A stretch of 30,342 nt of DNA from an uncultured archaeon. GTDB taxonomy: Archaea; Asgardarchaeota; Heimdallarchaeia; Heimdallarchaeales; Heimdallarchaeaceae. The stretch covers positions 1 through 30,342 of the forward strand of contig CAZHRF010000039.1 in assembly GCA_964534625.1 (NCBI GenBank). The letters are read 5' to 3'. Positions 9,317 to 18,732 of this stretch are shown piece after piece (within the stretch, counting starts at the first letter, position 1; the number at the start of each line of letters is the position of its first letter). The notes beneath the pieces are model-generated. The model was not told where the DNA came from and made no database searches. It saw nothing but the letters and a program-made list of their open reading frames with translations. The position numbers and the translations under genes were made by a program.

Positions 9317-10555
9317 ATGTCACATCCCGCAGAAAGTTTACAAAATACTTTAGGTTCTGAACTAGACGGTAAAGTCATTTTACACCTGATTACCAGTTCA
9401 ATATCTTGTTTTGTTGCCCCTATGATAAGCAGAGAATTACAACGTCATGGTGCAAAGGTCATTCCTGTAATGACCGCTGAAGCAGCAAAATTTATTGATC
9501 CAATGATATTTGAGTGGGCAACAGGAATAGAACCAATAACAGCTATTGAAGGAAAAGTAGAGCATGTTACATATTGCGGTCTTTCTCAAAATAAAGCTGA
9601 TCTGGCTTTGATAGCCCCAATTACTGCTAACTCAATTTCCAAAATTGCTAATGGTATAATGGACAATCCTGTTACATTAATGGCTGGAACGGCGTTAGGA
9701 AATAAAATCCCCTTGATCATTGTTCCTACCATGCATGAAGTTATGATGCATAATCCTGCTATAATAGATAATTTAGCAAAATTAAAAAAAATGGGAGTAA
9801 AAGTGTTAATGCCCAGAATTGAAGAAGAGAAAGCCAAGATCCCCGAAAAAAGAGAGATAGTTGATTATTGTATTAAAAAACTATATAAAAACGATTTAGA
9901 CGGAAAAAAAATTCTTGTAACTGCAGGACCAACTAGGGCATATATTGATAATATTCGTTTTATTAGTAATCCATCAAGTGGAAAGATGGGTGTAGCCTTG
10001 GCACTTGAGGGGTGGTATAGAGGGGCAGACATACAATTGGTGCATGGAGCTATTACATGTACCGTTCCTGAAGTATTAAAAAACAATATTAAAGCACTTA
10101 CAGCTGAATCAATGTATGATGCGGTTATTTCTGCACTAAAAAAAGAAAAGTATGATTATGTTATCCTTGCAGCTGCAATGAATGACTTCGGAGTCAAGAA
10201 ACAAACTGAAGGTAAAATCAAATCTTCAATAGAATCATTGACATTAGAATTAATAAAAGTGAAAAAACTAGCAGATAAAATAAAGGAAATTGCTCCAGAT
10301 ACTAAGCTTATCTTGTTTAAAGCTGAATATGACAAAACAGATGAAGAATTGATTGCTATAGCGTCAAAAAGGATGGACAAAGCATCTGCTGATCTTATAG
10401 TTGCTAATGATGTCGCACCCAAAGAATATGGGTTTGAAAGTGATGAAAACAGAGTGGCAATTGTTGATAGAAAGAATAATCATAGATGGATAGATGGGAA
10501 AAAGAAAGAAATAGCAAAAGATATACTTGATGACATGATAAATTTAGGACTATAA
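9317..10555 (+). CDS. coaBC: Bifunctional phosphopantothenoylcysteine decarboxylase / phosphopantothenate-cysteine ligase
   Basis: APITANSISKIANG, VPTMH, LVTAGPT..IDNIRFISNPSSGKMG, FKAE and IVANDV motifs. Confidence 0.95.
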   Translation: MSHPAESLQNTLGSELDGKVILHLITSSISCFVAPMISRELQRHGAKVIPVMTAEAAKFIDPMIFEWATGIEPITAIEGKVEHVTYCGLSQNKADLALIAPITANSISKIANGIMDNPVTLMAGTALGNKIPLIIVPTMHEVMMHNPAIIDNLAKLKKMGVKVLMPRIEEEKAKIPEKREIVDYCIKKLYKNDLDGKKILVTAGPTRAYIDNIRFISNPSSGKMGVALALEGWYRGADIQLVHGAITCTVPEVLKNNIKALTAESMYDAVISALKKEKYDYVILAAAMNDFGVKKQTEGKIKSSIESLTLELIKVKKLADKIKEIAPDTKLILFKAEYDKTDEELIAIASKRMDKASADLIVANDVAPKEYGFESDENRVAIVDRKNNHRWIDGKKKEIAKDILDDMINLGL

Positions 10556-10981
10556 CAGGAAATCTTCAGGTAAGTGTTTTTTAAGCCTACTAACTTTTTT
10601 AAACATATCATGAAACTTTTCAAGTTCTTTTTCTGCAAGGATTTCATCTATAGCCATCCATACAAATTCTGAATGCTCCCAACTGAGCTTTACTTGCCCT
10701 TTTTTGTATAAACACCAATACATGATAAAAACCATGGGGAACTCTTTTCCTCCACGATAAAAAAATCCTGTATGAACAGGCATAATGATAGAAACATCAA
10801 GGCTTGTTTCTTCTTTAACCTCTCTAAGCAATCCCAATTCTGGAGGTTCATTTTCTTCTAATCTTCCAGTCACCATTTCTAATGTATTAGGTAAAAAATC
10901 TTTTTCATTTGATCTCCTAAGAATTAAATATTTATCCTCTTTCTCGATTATTCCTGCGATACCCACATAAAATTTTTTCAT
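10550..10981 (-). CDS. NUDIX hydrolase
   Basis: Nudix box GRLEENEPPELGLLREVKEETSL and EHSEFVW. Confidence 0.9.
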   Translation of the reverse strand: MKKFYVGIAGIIEKEDKYLILRRSNEKDFLPNTLEMVTGRLEENEPPELGLLREVKEETSLDVSIIMPVHTGFFYRGGKEFPMVFIMYWCLYKKGQVKLSWEHSEFVWMAIDEILAEKELEKFHDMFKKVSRLKKHLPEDFLL

Positions 10982-11278
10982 ACACTTTCACACTCAAATT
11001 AATGGAGTTCAGATTATTTAATACTTCTAAAGCATAGGGATGATACCATTTATTAACTATAAGAAATAAAATATTTATTTTTTGGTATATAGAGTAGTTC
11101 ATCCAAAGCTAGAATGCTAGAATAGAGAGGAACATCAGAATAAATGTTGTTCATAACAAAATGAATGAAGTTCTTATAAAAATCGGTTGGCATTTGTGTT
11201 TGTTAACTGTTAATATAATAAGTGTTATCTAACAAAAAAGTATAAATATCGCAATACTGATATACTGATAGGGCGGTA

Positions 11279-12139
11279 TTGATAGGCAAAATTATTGATA
11301 AGAAAAAAGTAATGGTGGGTATAATACTAATCTCAATCGGTACGCTATTATTACCAATAGCTATCAGCCAAGCAAATCCAATAGGCGTAATTTATTCGAA
11401 TTTTCGGGGAATTTATCCTCTGAATGATACTTCGATCGAAATAAACAGGTTTGATGTCTGTTTTGAAATCTTAGTAGAAGATTACACTATCAAAAAAACT
11501 GGTTTATTTAACATAAAAATGAACGCAAATTATTCTTTTTTTAATCCCAATGAAACAACAGCATTTACAGTAGGAGCTCCTTTTGGGTTTGGGACATCTA
11601 CAGAAGAAGGGCTTAAAAATGCATCTGTAAAGGTTAATGATGAAATACAATCGTTTGAAGTTTTGGTATTTACTAATGAAGATTTTGGTAATTTTTCAGA
11701 GTATGGGATTAGCCGCTTTGATATTTTTCTTATTTTTAATGTAACATTCAGTAAAGAAGCATTCACTAATATAAGTATTTCATATGAGAGTACGTTCACC
11801 AAGCCTAGCAATGGGCAACTCATTATTTCTTATACCATAGGCACCGCAAATGCATGGTCAGGAAACCATACTGAGGCCATTATCTATGATATTCAAGGTA
11901 AACAACCAGATTTTTATTCTCCAGAATCTCATCTGACTATATCTGAAATTTCCGACAATCAGAAACAGTATATTTGGGAATGGGAAAACGAGATAATTGA
12001 ATATACAGATGTATTGGCGAGATATAATCACTTTCAAAGCCCACAGTTTACTACTTTCTTTGGGTTTGAAGGCATATATATTGTATTAGTTATCGCATTG
12101 CTTCCTCTAACATATATGTATAAAAGAAAGAAAAAATAG
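11279..12139 (+). CDS. Secreted, C-terminally anchored surface protein (DUF4424-like)
   Basis: Signal peptide ending SQA-NP, motif YTIGTANAWSG, and C-terminal GFE + TM + KRKKK. Confidence 0.7.
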   Translation: MIGKIIDKKKVMVGIILISIGTLLLPIAISQANPIGVIYSNFRGIYPLNDTSIEINRFDVCFEILVEDYTIKKTGLFNIKMNANYSFFNPNETTAFTVGAPFGFGTSTEEGLKNASVKVNDEIQSFEVLVFTNEDFGNFSEYGISRFDIFLIFNVTFSKEAFTNISISYESTFTKPSNGQLIISYTIGTANAWSGNHTEAIIYDIQGKQPDFYSPESHLTISEISDNQKQYIWEWENEIIEYTDVLARYNHFQSPQFTTFFGFEGIYIVLVIALLPLTYMYKRKKK

Positions 12140-12161
12140 AATAATTTTTTTCCTCATTTTA

Positions 12162-14165
12162 CTATTTTTTATATTTTTCAAACCATTGACTAATTTTTTC
12201 TAGCCTATCTATGACTCTTGAGGGTTTACCTGATCTGCTGAGTTCATGCCCTTCTTCAGGATATCTAATGAAGTCTGTTTCTATACCATTTTTAGCTAGT
12301 GAAACAAAGGCTTCCTCTGCTTGAGAGATCGGAACTCGAAAATCATTTTCAGAATGAATAAAGCGTGTAGGGGTCTTGACATTATTAATATAAGCGATAG
12401 GTGAGTTTTGCCATAACTTTTCATAGTCTTCCCATGGATGCACCGTATGCTCATCTTTGGTAAAGTTAGTTATGTCAGTCGTAGTTGCAAACGAGATTAA
12501 GTTGTAAACTCCTCTTTGAGGAACAGCTGCACTAAACCTGTTGTCATGCCCTATTATCCACAAAGTAAGATAACCTCCATAGCTTCCGCCAGTAATAAAC
12601 AAGTTCTTAGTATCTATATATCCCTTTTCTATGACTTTATCAACTCCAGCTAAAACATCATTTTGTGGTTCTATTCCCCAGTTATCGATAACGTCTCTAA
12701 AGTTATAGCCTCGACCAGAACTTCCTTGAGGATTACAGTAAAAGATTACATACCCCATAGATGTTAAATATTGATATTCAAACCACATAGAACGTTCGTG
12801 TGGGGACCAAGCTGCATGAGGACCGCCGTGGATCTCAAGTACAAGAGGATATTTTTTGCTATTATCAAAATTAACTGGTTTGATTATCCAGCCTTGAATT
12901 TCTTTTTCTTTGTCTCCAGAATACTTGAACTCCTCAACTTTGGCAAGCTCTTTTTCTTTTAACCACTCTTTATTGGACTCATGTACTATTTCCATTTTCT
13001 TTTCTGGTACATTATACAATTTTAATTGGGATATCTCTTCATAAGTAGAAACATTGAGGGCTATAGTATTTTCTTCATCATTGATATCATAATCGTAGAT
13101 CATCATACTTTCTTCAATGGTTTTCTCTAGTTTCCCAGTTGCAATAGTATATTTATACAAAACTGTTTTTTCCCATTCTCCAGAAACAAAATAAAGGTGC
13201 TCATCGGTTGATCCAAACTTTGCGTTGCCTGCGTGATTATCAAAGTCTTTAGTAATGGTGTTAGTTTGATTTGTATCTAAATCCAATAGAATTAATTCTT
13301 GATTTTGTGTTGATAAATTTTCAGGATTAAGATAGCTGTAAAGTAACCACTTGTTTGTATTAGATAGGCTCATCGAAGGATAACCAAATGTTTTAGCTAA
13401 AACTTCTTCTTCTTTTGTGTCAACATTTATTTTCACTACGCTATATTGTCTACTGTCATTTAGGTTTTCTTCTACTTGGTGCTGTAACGCATAGATATAT
13501 TTTCCATCGATACTCACATGAGGATTGGAATAATATTTTTCTCCTTCTGTTACCCTTTCAATAGTATTGTCTTCAAGATCTAAAATATATACATGGTTGA
13601 ATCTGTCATCTAGATAGGTTGTACCTTTGCGATAAACAACATTTTTTATTACTCTTGGATCAACTTTTTCTTTTTCTTTTTCTTTCTTCTCAAGAGATTG
13701 TTTCTTTTGCTCTATTTTAGAAAGGGGTTCTTCTTTTTTTTCTTCCTCTTTCTTTTGTTCTCCTTGTTGTTCTTCGAGATTCACTCTATGAATGAGAGCT
13801 ATTTTGTTGTTCTTACTTACATTAAACTCTTGAATACCATTAGGTAAATTAGTTAGCTCTAATGCCTCTCCTCCTTCTAAATCTATTTTATACAATTGAG
13901 GTTTGGCATTGTCTTTTTCTCTTGTCCTAATGAAAAACAGTTTGGTAGAATTGAGTTGTAATCTGGTATCGTTTTTGTAACCAACAGTAAATTGTTTTTT
14001 CTCATTGGTTTTGAGATTGTAGGTGAAAATAGGCGTTTGGTATTGATCCTCTTGATGATTGATTCTTTTCTCTTCATAAAAAAGTAAATTTTTTGTAAGA
14101 GCTAATTTTTGTATAGTTTTGATTTTAAAGTTATCTTCCAAATTTATTCTATTGTTAGTATTCAT
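12162..14165 (-). CDS. S9 family peptidase (acylaminoacyl/dipeptidyl peptidase)
   Basis: Beta-propeller-like N-terminus, IHGGPH, GGSYGG nucleophile, DFRVP and EEGH catalytic motifs. Confidence 0.95.
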   Translation of the reverse strand: MNTNNRINLEDNFKIKTIQKLALTKNLLFYEEKRINHQEDQYQTPIFTYNLKTNEKKQFTVGYKNDTRLQLNSTKLFFIRTREKDNAKPQLYKIDLEGGEALELTNLPNGIQEFNVSKNNKIALIHRVNLEEQQGEQKKEEEKKEEPLSKIEQKKQSLEKKEKEKEKVDPRVIKNVVYRKGTTYLDDRFNHVYILDLEDNTIERVTEGEKYYSNPHVSIDGKYIYALQHQVEENLNDSRQYSVVKINVDTKEEEVLAKTFGYPSMSLSNTNKWLLYSYLNPENLSTQNQELILLDLDTNQTNTITKDFDNHAGNAKFGSTDEHLYFVSGEWEKTVLYKYTIATGKLEKTIEESMMIYDYDINDEENTIALNVSTYEEISQLKLYNVPEKKMEIVHESNKEWLKEKELAKVEEFKYSGDKEKEIQGWIIKPVNFDNSKKYPLVLEIHGGPHAAWSPHERSMWFEYQYLTSMGYVIFYCNPQGSSGRGYNFRDVIDNWGIEPQNDVLAGVDKVIEKGYIDTKNLFITGGSYGGYLTLWIIGHDNRFSAAVPQRGVYNLISFATTTDITNFTKDEHTVHPWEDYEKLWQNSPIAYINNVKTPTRFIHSENDFRVPISQAEEAFVSLAKNGIETDFIRYPEEGHELSRSGKPSRVIDRLEKISQWFEKYKK

Positions 14166-14365
14166 AATAACTACCAGTTCAAAGATTTTTTTTAACTAAT
14201 ATATGTTTTTTTTAAGCTTTTAAATAATTTACTGCTTGGCAAATAAAAAATTAGTCTAGTAATGGTTTTAGATTTTATTTAGAGCGTGGATTAAACCATT
14301 CAGCGACAAATCAATATTTGTAAAATTATGTACTAGTAAAAAGAAGAAGAAAAAGAGATACGATT

Positions 14366-16225
14366 TTAGAAAGTTACGTATCCTAAAGCTCGCCAGAAGA
14401 ATGGTAGCACAAAAGAGAGTATAATTATACCTAAGAATACAATTAATGAACCTATTTTCACCATTTCTGAGACTTTGTATTTGCCTGTACTGTAAGCTAT
14501 CATTGTTGGTGGTGTTCCTTGAGGTAACATAAAGTCAATACTTGCTCCTATTGCTGCAACAACTGCAAGTAATACTGGACTTATTCCAAAAAGGACAGCT
14601 AACGGAATAACTAAGGGTATTACAATTGCCGCTGCTCCTGTATTAGATGCTACTACAGTAATAACTACTGAGATTATTGTTACTATGAAAACGAACAGAA
14701 TGATGTATTTAAAATGCATATTGGCAAGGGAATAAGCAATAATATCCGATGTACCTGTTTCCGTCATCAAAACACCCAAGGCTAATCCACCACCAAATAT
14801 CAAGAGTGAGGCTAAGTTAAGATCATTAACATCTCGATCTTCTAGCATGCCAGGCATGAACAATAAAGTAGCAGCTATTAGAGCTACAATGGTTGAACTA
14901 AATGTAGGAATAACCCGTCTAAGAAGACTTTCAGAAAACCATAATATTAGAGCGAGAACAAAAACACAGAGCGTGTAAATCTGCTTACCGTTTAATTTAC
15001 CCATATTATGCAATTCTTTGTTTACGGCTTCTTTAGTGTATTTCATGTTTTCAATAGGTACAACGGGATGATAAATATACCATAAATATATCCAAGAGAT
15101 TGGTAAAAGGATTATGACGATTGGTAAACCAAAGATGAACCATTGAGCAAAAGTTATTTCTATTCCTAAATAATCATATAATGCTTTAATAGCTATAGGG
15201 TTAGCTGGTGTTCCAATTGCAGATCCAATACCACCTAATGATGCTGAGTAAGCAATACCCAAAACTAATGCTTTACCATATCTGTCAACGGCTTTTCTTT
15301 CTTCAATATCACCAGCTTTAAGCTTATCAGCAACAGCCATAGCAATGGGGATCATAGTCGCTGCTGTAGCTGTATTACTCATAAACATAGATAAAACCGC
15401 AGAAACAACCATCATGATTAGCATGAGGATCCGGGGATTATTTGGACTGGTTTTAACAATATTCAGAGCTATCCATTTATCTAGCTCAGTTTTATTCATG
15501 GCTTTACTGATAATGAATCCCCCAAGAAACAAGAAGATAACAGAATCAGCGAATGGTTCAAATAGAATTATTGATTCGCCCCGTATATCAACCACAGCTA
15601 AAATGCCAATGATAGGAACCAAAAAAGAAGTGGCGACTAATGGAACAACCTCAGAAACCCAAAGAATGCCAACGATAAATAACACCGCTACGACAATTTC
15701 TGTTTTGAAAGGTATACGGTAAGTAAATTCAATCCATTTAACACCCTGATAATCTTCAATTGTTCTAATAGGTGGAATTCGTTTTTCTATACTTGCTCCG
15801 TAAATTGTCAAATTTACTTGTGAAATTTCTGGTAAAGGTGCAGTTGTATTATCTTCATTTTTGATTCGAACATAAAATTGGAATTTTTCTCTAAATCCTG
15901 CTCGAACTTGTTTGTTATATCTAAAAACCAATATATAAGAAGTATTTCCAATCTTAGTCTCATTTAAGGATGTTGATGGATAGGTAACATCATCATCAAC
16001 TACCAAGATAGAAATATTTTGGTTAACTTCTTCACCTTGATACAAAGCTTGAACATTAGCTGTATATTCACCAGAAGGTAACGTACCGCTCATTAAAATA
16101 TTAGATAGGATTATTGATGAAATTATTAATAATATGACTATCGAATATTTGGTAACACTTTTCTTATGTTCACCTAAGCTGTTTAACATGTTTTTCATGG
16201 AACTCAATTGCCTTTCCTCTGTCAT
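14366..16225 (-). CDS. SLC13/DASS sodium:dicarboxylate/sulfate symporter with an extra N-terminal extracellular domain
   Basis: LFLGGF, SMFMSNTAT, IGTPANPI, ASNTGAA and FMLPQGTPP motifs. Confidence 0.92.
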   Translation of the reverse strand: MTEERQLSSMKNMLNSLGEHKKSVTKYSIVILLIISSIILSNILMSGTLPSGEYTANVQALYQGEEVNQNISILVVDDDVTYPSTSLNETKIGNTSYILVFRYNKQVRAGFREKFQFYVRIKNEDNTTAPLPEISQVNLTIYGASIEKRIPPIRTIEDYQGVKWIEFTYRIPFKTEIVVAVLFIVGILWVSEVVPLVATSFLVPIIGILAVVDIRGESIILFEPFADSVIFLFLGGFIISKAMNKTELDKWIALNIVKTSPNNPRILMLIMMVVSAVLSMFMSNTATAATMIPIAMAVADKLKAGDIEERKAVDRYGKALVLGIAYSASLGGIGSAIGTPANPIAIKALYDYLGIEITFAQWFIFGLPIVIILLPISWIYLWYIYHPVVPIENMKYTKEAVNKELHNMGKLNGKQIYTLCVFVLALILWFSESLLRRVIPTFSSTIVALIAATLLFMPGMLEDRDVNDLNLASLLIFGGGLALGVLMTETGTSDIIAYSLANMHFKYIILFVFIVTIISVVITVVASNTGAAAIVIPLVIPLAVLFGISPVLLAVVAAIGASIDFMLPQGTPPTMIAYSTGKYKVSEMVKIGSLIVFLGIIILSFVLPFFWRALGYVTF

Positions 16226-16426
16226 AGGATAATCCCTATAAGATAAAAAAAAGACGTATTTTTAAACTTAAGCAAATAACCAAATGCAAGTACTAATACT
16301 CAACATAATATAAAATATAAAGATAAAACATTTATAAAAAAAAAGAAAAAAATTAAGAAGAATAAACGCTTAAACCCCAAATTAATGAGATTTAACAGGT
16401 TTATCTTTCATTCCTTGTAAGTTAGA

Positions 16427-16606
16427 TTACACGTCTCTAGCAGAGAGTGTTTTTCTTTTGTTGGCGGCAGTTCTTTCAGCAGCTTTTCTGATCATATGCT
16501 CTACTTCTTTAGACATTGCTTCAAAGAAGTCGCTTGAAATATTGTATTCGCCTAATTCATTTACGTATTCTCTAACTTTTGATTTGACTAATAGTATGTC
16601 AGCCAT
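16427..16606 (-). CDS. Archaeal histone-fold protein, alpha3-truncated (face-to-face-like) type, 59 aa
   Basis: Hand translation: MADILLVKSKVREYVNELGEYNISSDFFEAMSKEVEHMIRKAAERTAANKRKTLSARDV*. It carries the RKTxxxxD motif and a GGTGA SD 6 nt upstream. Absent from the ORF track. Confidence 0.92.
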   Translation of the reverse strand: MADILLVKSKVREYVNELGEYNISSDFFEAMSKEVEHMIRKAAERTAANKRKTLSARDV

Positions 16607-16680
16607 TGTTTTTCACCTTTTTGACCTAAATTCTCTTTAGGTCATATCATATACGGTCACTAACCTTCTTAAACTTATCG
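16607..16680 (-). promoter_or_regulatory. Histone promoter and leader: BRE/TATA-like CGATAAG-TTTAAG, a 9-bp hairpin and an SD
   Basis: TTTAAG on the minus strand at 16668-16673. Perfect stem TGACCTAAA/TTTAGGTCA at 16622-16644. GGTGA at 16613-16617. Confidence 0.55.
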
Positions 16681-17086
16681 GAAGAGTAGGCGTTTTCTAA
16701 GTAAAGTATAATCGGTACTGATGAATAAACCCCTTTAGATGTGTATTAAACGGATTAGCGCGCATTTATGTATTTTCTGGGCTCCTTATTTATCTGTATC
16801 CTATAATTGATTATAAGACTGTTAAAAATGCTTTAGGTGCTGTTTAAGGGCACTATCGCCTAATCCCCTATTTGGGCGCTTTAAGGTTTATTCTACCTAA
16901 AGAAAAATTTAAATAGAAGTGTAATTATAATAAATTTTATAATTTTTCTGTGCTGAGACTTCCTTTTCTGTTTTTTTCTCTATAATCATAAAAGCATTTC
17001 TTGTCAAAGCAGATTTGTAAAATGATATTAAACTTTAGCTCAACAGAGCTAATCTCTATTCTATTTTTTTGTAATGGATAAAAATA

Positions 17087-17479
17087 TCATGTGTCGCCTT
17101 GTCCAATTTTCTTGATAGAAAAGAAATTACTTAGTGGTCTGAGAGATCCATCACGTTTACGTTCAGCTCTGTCCAAAGCTGAATGCACATCAGTATCTAT
17201 GATTGAGATGCTAAAATTAAAAACTAATTGATGTTCATCTAGCCACGCATGGATATATAAATCGCCTTCGATATTTCGACGAAATGTTTCAATAATTGGA
17301 TAAAAGATTTCTTCATTCAAAATGTAAGAAGGAACTTGAATACTGTATCCATCTAAAGCAACAGCAAATCCTGTTCCAGTGAAATGAGTAATAGATTTAT
17401 TGACTAAGAAACTTGAATGCTGAATAAGATATTCATACAATGCTTTTAATTGCTTATGGGAATTATCAGTAGTTTCCAT
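17087..17479 (-). CDS. Hypothetical protein
   Basis: 130-aa ORF with globular alpha/beta composition. No motif recognised. Confidence 0.65.
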   Translation of the reverse strand: METTDNSHKQLKALYEYLIQHSSFLVNKSITHFTGTGFAVALDGYSIQVPSYILNEEIFYPIIETFRRNIEGDLYIHAWLDEHQLVFNFSISIIDTDVHSALDRAERKRDGSLRPLSNFFSIKKIGQGDT

Positions 17480-17691
17480 TGATAAAAATGTTCGAGTTTG
17501 TTAATAAAAGTATGGTTATAAGAATTACGTCATTTCGTGGATGCTTTCTTATTTACTCAAATTCTTCTTGAAAAAGCTGTCCTTTAGACAATGGCAGTTT
17601 GTCTTAATTTATTTTACACAAAGTTTTTATGGTTCATTTTTAATTATTAGATTAATATATTAAATATACAAAAACAAACTTGGTGATGTAG

Positions 17692-18057
17692 CTGGCAAAG
17701 AATGTAAGTGAATTATTAAACTCACAGAAGCTGAAATATAACCAAAAATTAGCTAAAAAAAAGAGAATCAGAACAATGGCTAAAATGTTGAAAAAGAAGG
17801 ATATCAAAGTAAGTATTTTACCCAAAAACACTCTAAAAATAATAAACGTGATAAAGAAGAAAGGTCTAGTTACTCAAAAGCAAATTATAGCTGTTCTGGA
17901 GTCAGAAAATATACGTTCTATCAGTTATTCTATCAGAAGATTAATAAAATTCAATGTATTAATTAAACGGGCTAATTTTGAGGATATGAGACAATATTTT
18001 TTAGACATCAATCCCGATGTTATAGAATATCTTGAAATAAAATATGATCTAAGTTAA
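17692..18057 (+). CDS. Archaeal MarR/Lrs14-like winged-helix DNA-binding protein with a basic N-terminal extension (paralog A)
   Basis: LPK...TQK....RSISYSIRRL...NFEDMRQ. The frame is open back to CTG 17692, 5 nt after GGTGA. The ORF-track start is ATG 17776. Confidence 0.8.
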   Translation: MAKNVSELLNSQKLKYNQKLAKKKRIRTMAKMLKKKDIKVSILPKNTLKIINVIKKKGLVTQKQIIAVLESENIRSISYSIRRLIKFNVLIKRANFEDMRQYFLDINPDVIEYLEIKYDLS

Positions 18058-18202
18058 TTATTAACTCTCTCAACCCTTCTTAGGTGTTATTTTTTATATT
18101 TTGTAATATCCTGATCCCCAGTTAAACCTCGGTAAAACAATCTCTAAATTAAAATAAATAAGAATAAAATAAAACTATTAATTAAAAACGTCAAAGTGAA
18201 TT

Positions 18203-18556
18203 TTATTTGATGCTATATTTCAACCTAAGATATTCTTTAGCTTCTGGATTAACATCAAAGAAATTCTGTCGCATGTCTTCAAAGTTTGCTCGCTTGATCA
18301 ATACATTTTTCTTCACTAATCTTCTTATCGAATAACGGAGTGAACGGGGGTTTTTAGGCTTTAAAGTTTCTATAAGTTTCTTTTGTGTTAGCATACCATT
18401 TTCCTGTAATGTTGAGATTATATCTTTAGTATGCTTAGGTAATAGTGAAACCTTTATTTTTTTCTTTTTTAATTCTTTTTTCAGTTTTCGTAATTCTTTT
18501 CTTTTTCGTCGTCGCTCTTTTTTCTTTATATATAGTTTCTTCATTATTTTTGACAG
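18203..18556 (-). CDS. Archaeal MarR/Lrs14-like winged-helix DNA-binding protein with a basic N-terminal extension (paralog B)
   Basis: LPK...TQK....RSLRYSIRRL...NFEDMRQ. In-frame CTG 18556 lies 5 nt after GGTGA. The ORF-track start is ATG 18544. Confidence 0.8.
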   Translation of the reverse strand: MSKIMKKLYIKKKERRRKRKELRKLKKELKKKKIKVSLLPKHTKDIISTLQENGMLTQKKLIETLKPKNPRSLRYSIRRLVKKNVLIKRANFEDMRQNFFDVNPEAKEYLRLKYSIK

Positions 18557-18732
18557 TTATCTCACCAACACTCTTTTTTAGTTCAATACCCTTATTTATA
18601 TTTAAGACAAATTAACTAATGTGTGATTGTAATTATGTACCAATAAAAACTTTCCTAAAAGATGCAGAGTATTAGAACCACAATAAAAATTAAGTATATG
18701 TAAAATGTTAATTTAAGTACATTTTTATATTT

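Noticed and set aside
16458-16640. 60-aa plus-strand ORF
   Set aside because: It is the antisense shadow of the histone gene at 16427-16606.
16690-16900. Slightly GC-richer spacer with small hairpins and a single GTACTG end-like motif
   Set aside because: No partner TIR or target duplication was found, and the hairpins are short. Similar lone GTACTA motifs near 2406 and 29569 also lack convincing partners.
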